Shown here one piece after another: positions 61,809-64,000 of a stretch of DNA of 64,000 bases. Within the stretch, counting starts at the first letter, position 1. Every line of letters starts with the position of its first letter. The translations under genes and the position numbers were made by a program. The notes beneath the pieces are model-generated. The model ran no database searches, was not told where the DNA came from, and saw nothing but the letters and a program-made list of their open reading frames with translations. The stretch comes from Eledone cirrhosa (Eukaryota). Where the stretch lies: NCBI GenBank assembly GCA_964016885.1, contig OZ024743.1, positions 8,680,001-8,744,000 of the forward strand. Reading direction: 5' to 3'.

Positions 61809-63723
61809 GGGTGTGTTTTGATAGAGATGCCTACTGACTGTAGTAAGTTTTACTTTGTATTTAGGTAAGGCGGGTCTTCTCTATTACTGAGTACCGCCAA
61901 AGGTCTCGGTCCAGTGACATTGTCTTGGAGAGGTGTAAGCGTGTGAGGTCGGAATTTATCATGTCGTCCCAGGTTTTTCTGGCTCTGCCTACTCCGTGGC
62001 TACCATCTATCTTTATTGCCCTGCACTTTGTTATACAGCTGTCGTCTTTCATGCGCATCACGTGACCATACCAACGTAGCCTTCTCTCGAGTAAACAACA
62101 TCTGATCCCTCTTATTTCTAATTTTTTCCTTAGTTCGTTTATGCTTAGCCGTTCACGTATATTACTATTGCACATCCAGCGGAGCATGCAAGCTTCGTTC
62201 CTCTCTAGTCTGCGTATATCCTCTGCACACAATGCCCAGGTCTCACTGCCATGCAGCATTGCTGTTCGTATGCAGGCATCATATAACCTGCCTTTCATTT
62301 TTAGGGAGAACCCTTTAGCGGCTAATAGTGGTATAAGCTCTCTGAACTTTTTCCATCCAGTTCTAACTCTAGCTACTGTACTTTCAGAGCACCCTCCCCC
62401 ACTGCTGATTTTGTCACCCAGGTAACGGAAGCTGTCCACTATTTCTATAGAACCCTCTGCGCAATTGAAAGAGCTAGTATTTTGTGGGCACTTGCTGCTA
62501 CTTATTGCACCAGAGCACCAGCCACATGTAAAATCTATGTTCTTAGTTAGCTTACCTGTGATCCCACTACATCTTTTATGCACCCATACTTTGCATTTGG
62601 GACATAAAATGGAGTTTCTACCTACGCCTTTCCTACACACTGAGCATGGCCATTTCCCGGAAGGGACCGCCGCCTTATTTTCTTTCCTACAAACTAGAAC
62701 TTTAGTCTTAGCCAGGTTAATTTTAAGGCCTTTTGATTCTAGGCCGTGCTTCCATGTTTGGAATTTCTTCTCTAGTTCGGTCATTGATTCAGCTATGAGC
62801 GTTAGATCATCTGCGTATAGGAGTTCCCATGGGCAGCCGGTCTTGAACTCCTCTGTTATAGCCTGAAGGGCAATAATAAATAGTAGGGGGCTAAGAACAG
62901 AGCCCTGATGGACACCAACTTTTACGCTAAACTCTTCACTATATTCGTTGTTAATTCTAACCTTGCTGACTGTTTCTTTATACATGGCTTGTATAGCTCT
63001 CACAAGCCATTCGTCAACACCTAGTTTTCTAAGAGCCCACCAGATAATGGAACGGGGGACTCTATTGAAGGCTTTCTCCAAGTCAACAAAAGCTAAGTAT
63101 AGGGGTTTACTTTTAGCTAGGTACTTCTCCTGTAGTTGTCGTACAATGAAAAGAGCGTCTGTGGTACTTTTGCCTGACACAAACCCGAACTGCATTTCAT
63201 CTAGATCAATTCTCTCTCTGATTAGTTGCGCTATTACTTTTTCCGTGACCTTCATGACCTGGTCGATTAATTTAATGCCTCTATAGTTACACCTATCTAG
63301 GGCATCTCCTTTACCCTTGGAACAGTTAATGATGATGCTGCTATGCCAGTCCTTCGGAACAACCCCATTCTGTATGACTTGGTTTACTATCCGGGTGACC
63401 ATGGTGTGTCCCACCGTTCCAGAGGCTTTCAGCATCTCAGCAACTATTTCCGAAGGCCCAGCCGCCTTACCCGTCTTCATATCTTTGATTGCCTTACTTA
63501 TTATACTACCTTCGACTAACACTGCTGGTCCCTCTATTGGGTCGATGTGGGGGAGACTGTCTTTCTCCCATTTGTTCTCCTCATTTAGAAGCCTTTCATA
63601 GTGACACTTCCAAGCTACCTTCTTATCAGCGTCAGTGATGGCAAGTACACCATCATCATTAAGTACACACTTCTCCCCGACAATATCACGGTTTTCCTTG
63701 ACACATGGTTTTCCTTGACACAT
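61809..63723 (-). mobile_element. Young RTE LINE, copy D (5'-truncated, most of 3' UTR missing)
   Basis: Near-identical to copy A; 17-bp duplication at the 5' junction. Confidence 0.95.
61861..63705 (-). CDS. RTE ORF2 fragment: RT plus PHD finger (the ORF-track N-terminus up to 63801 is microsatellite)
   Basis: All RT motifs present in one open frame. Confidence 0.9.
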   Translation of the reverse strand, partial: CVKENRDIVGEKCVLNDDGVLAITDADKKVAWKCHYERLLNEENKWEKDSLPHIDPIEGPAVLVEGSIISKAIKDMKTGKAAGPSEIVAEMLKASGTVGHTMVTRIVNQVIQNGVVPKDWHSSIIINCSKGKGDALDRCNYRGIKLIDQVMKVTEKVIAQLIRERIDLDEMQFGFVSGKSTTDALFIVRQLQEKYLAKSKPLYLAFVDLEKAFNRVPRSIIWWALRKLGVDEWLVRAIQAMYKETVSKVRINNEYSEEFSVKVGVHQGSVLSPLLFIIALQAITEEFKTGCPWELLYADDLTLIAESMTELEKKFQTWKHGLESKGLKINLAKTKVLVCRKENKAAVPSGKWPCSVCRKGVGRNSILCPKCKVWVHKRCSGITGKLTKNIDFTCGWCSGAISSSKCPQNTSSFNCAEGSIEIVDSFRYLGDKISSGGGCSESTVARVRTGWKKFRELIPLLAAKGFSLKMKGRLYDACIRTAMLHGSETWALCAEDIRRLERNEACMLRWMCNSNIRERLSINELRKKLEIRGIRCCLLERRLRWYGHVMRMKDDSCITKCRAIKIDGSHGVGRARKTWDDMINSDLTRLHLSKTMSLDRDLWRYSVIEKTRLT

Positions 63724-63966
63724 ACATATATATATACATATACACACATATATATATACATATACACACATATATATATATACATATACACACACACACA
63801 TTTATATATATATACATACACACACATATATATATAGGCTTTCCAGTTTCATTTCATATTATATACATGTCTGTGAATATTTTAATTATTTAAACATTTT
63901 TAAGTTAACATGATTTTTAAAAATATTTTGAAGTTAACGTGATCCAACAGGTCCTGGGTTGTCTAG

Positions 63967-64000
63967 TATACTACTAAAACTCTGTGATTGTGTCTTGTCT
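63967..64000 (+). mobile_element. 5' end of a second, tandem Helitron-like unit
   Basis: tatactactaaaactctgtgattg repeats 61531-61551 directly after CTAG. Confidence 0.55.

Larger units (their letters stand above)
61527..63966 (+). mobile_element. Probable non-autonomous Helitron interrupted by RTE copy D
   Basis: 5' actactaaaactctgtgattg plus (GCTT/GTCT)n; 3' ccaacaggtcctgggttgtCTAG|T; the same 5' end restarts at 63967. Confidence 0.6.

Overview
AT-rich, microsatellite-rich eukaryotic DNA, almost certainly an octopus (coleoid cephalopod) genome; this is inferred from the tRNA-derived SINE families and RTE LINEs. The window is mostly transposable elements, often nested. They include: four young 5'-truncated copies of an RTE-clade LINE whose reverse transcriptase carries an internal C4HC3 PHD finger, plus solo 3' ends; a second, GC-rich RTE family; old CR1/L2-group and Penelope remnants; CORE-like and Meta-domain SINEs; nine copies of a ~220-bp TTAA/piggyBac-type MITE; hAT MITEs; a mariner composite; and two non-autonomous Helitrons. 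A host gene probably lies on the minus strand in the first ~24.5 kb, with small in-phase coding exons near 2.8-4.0 kb and a CpG-rich putative promoter/first exon near 22.6-24.9 kb; I cannot identify its product. Most short ORFs in the track are microsatellite artefacts or antisense frames of LINEs. There are no prokaryotic features (no CRISPR, operon or rRNA). Coordinates of degenerate elements are approximate and were read by eye.
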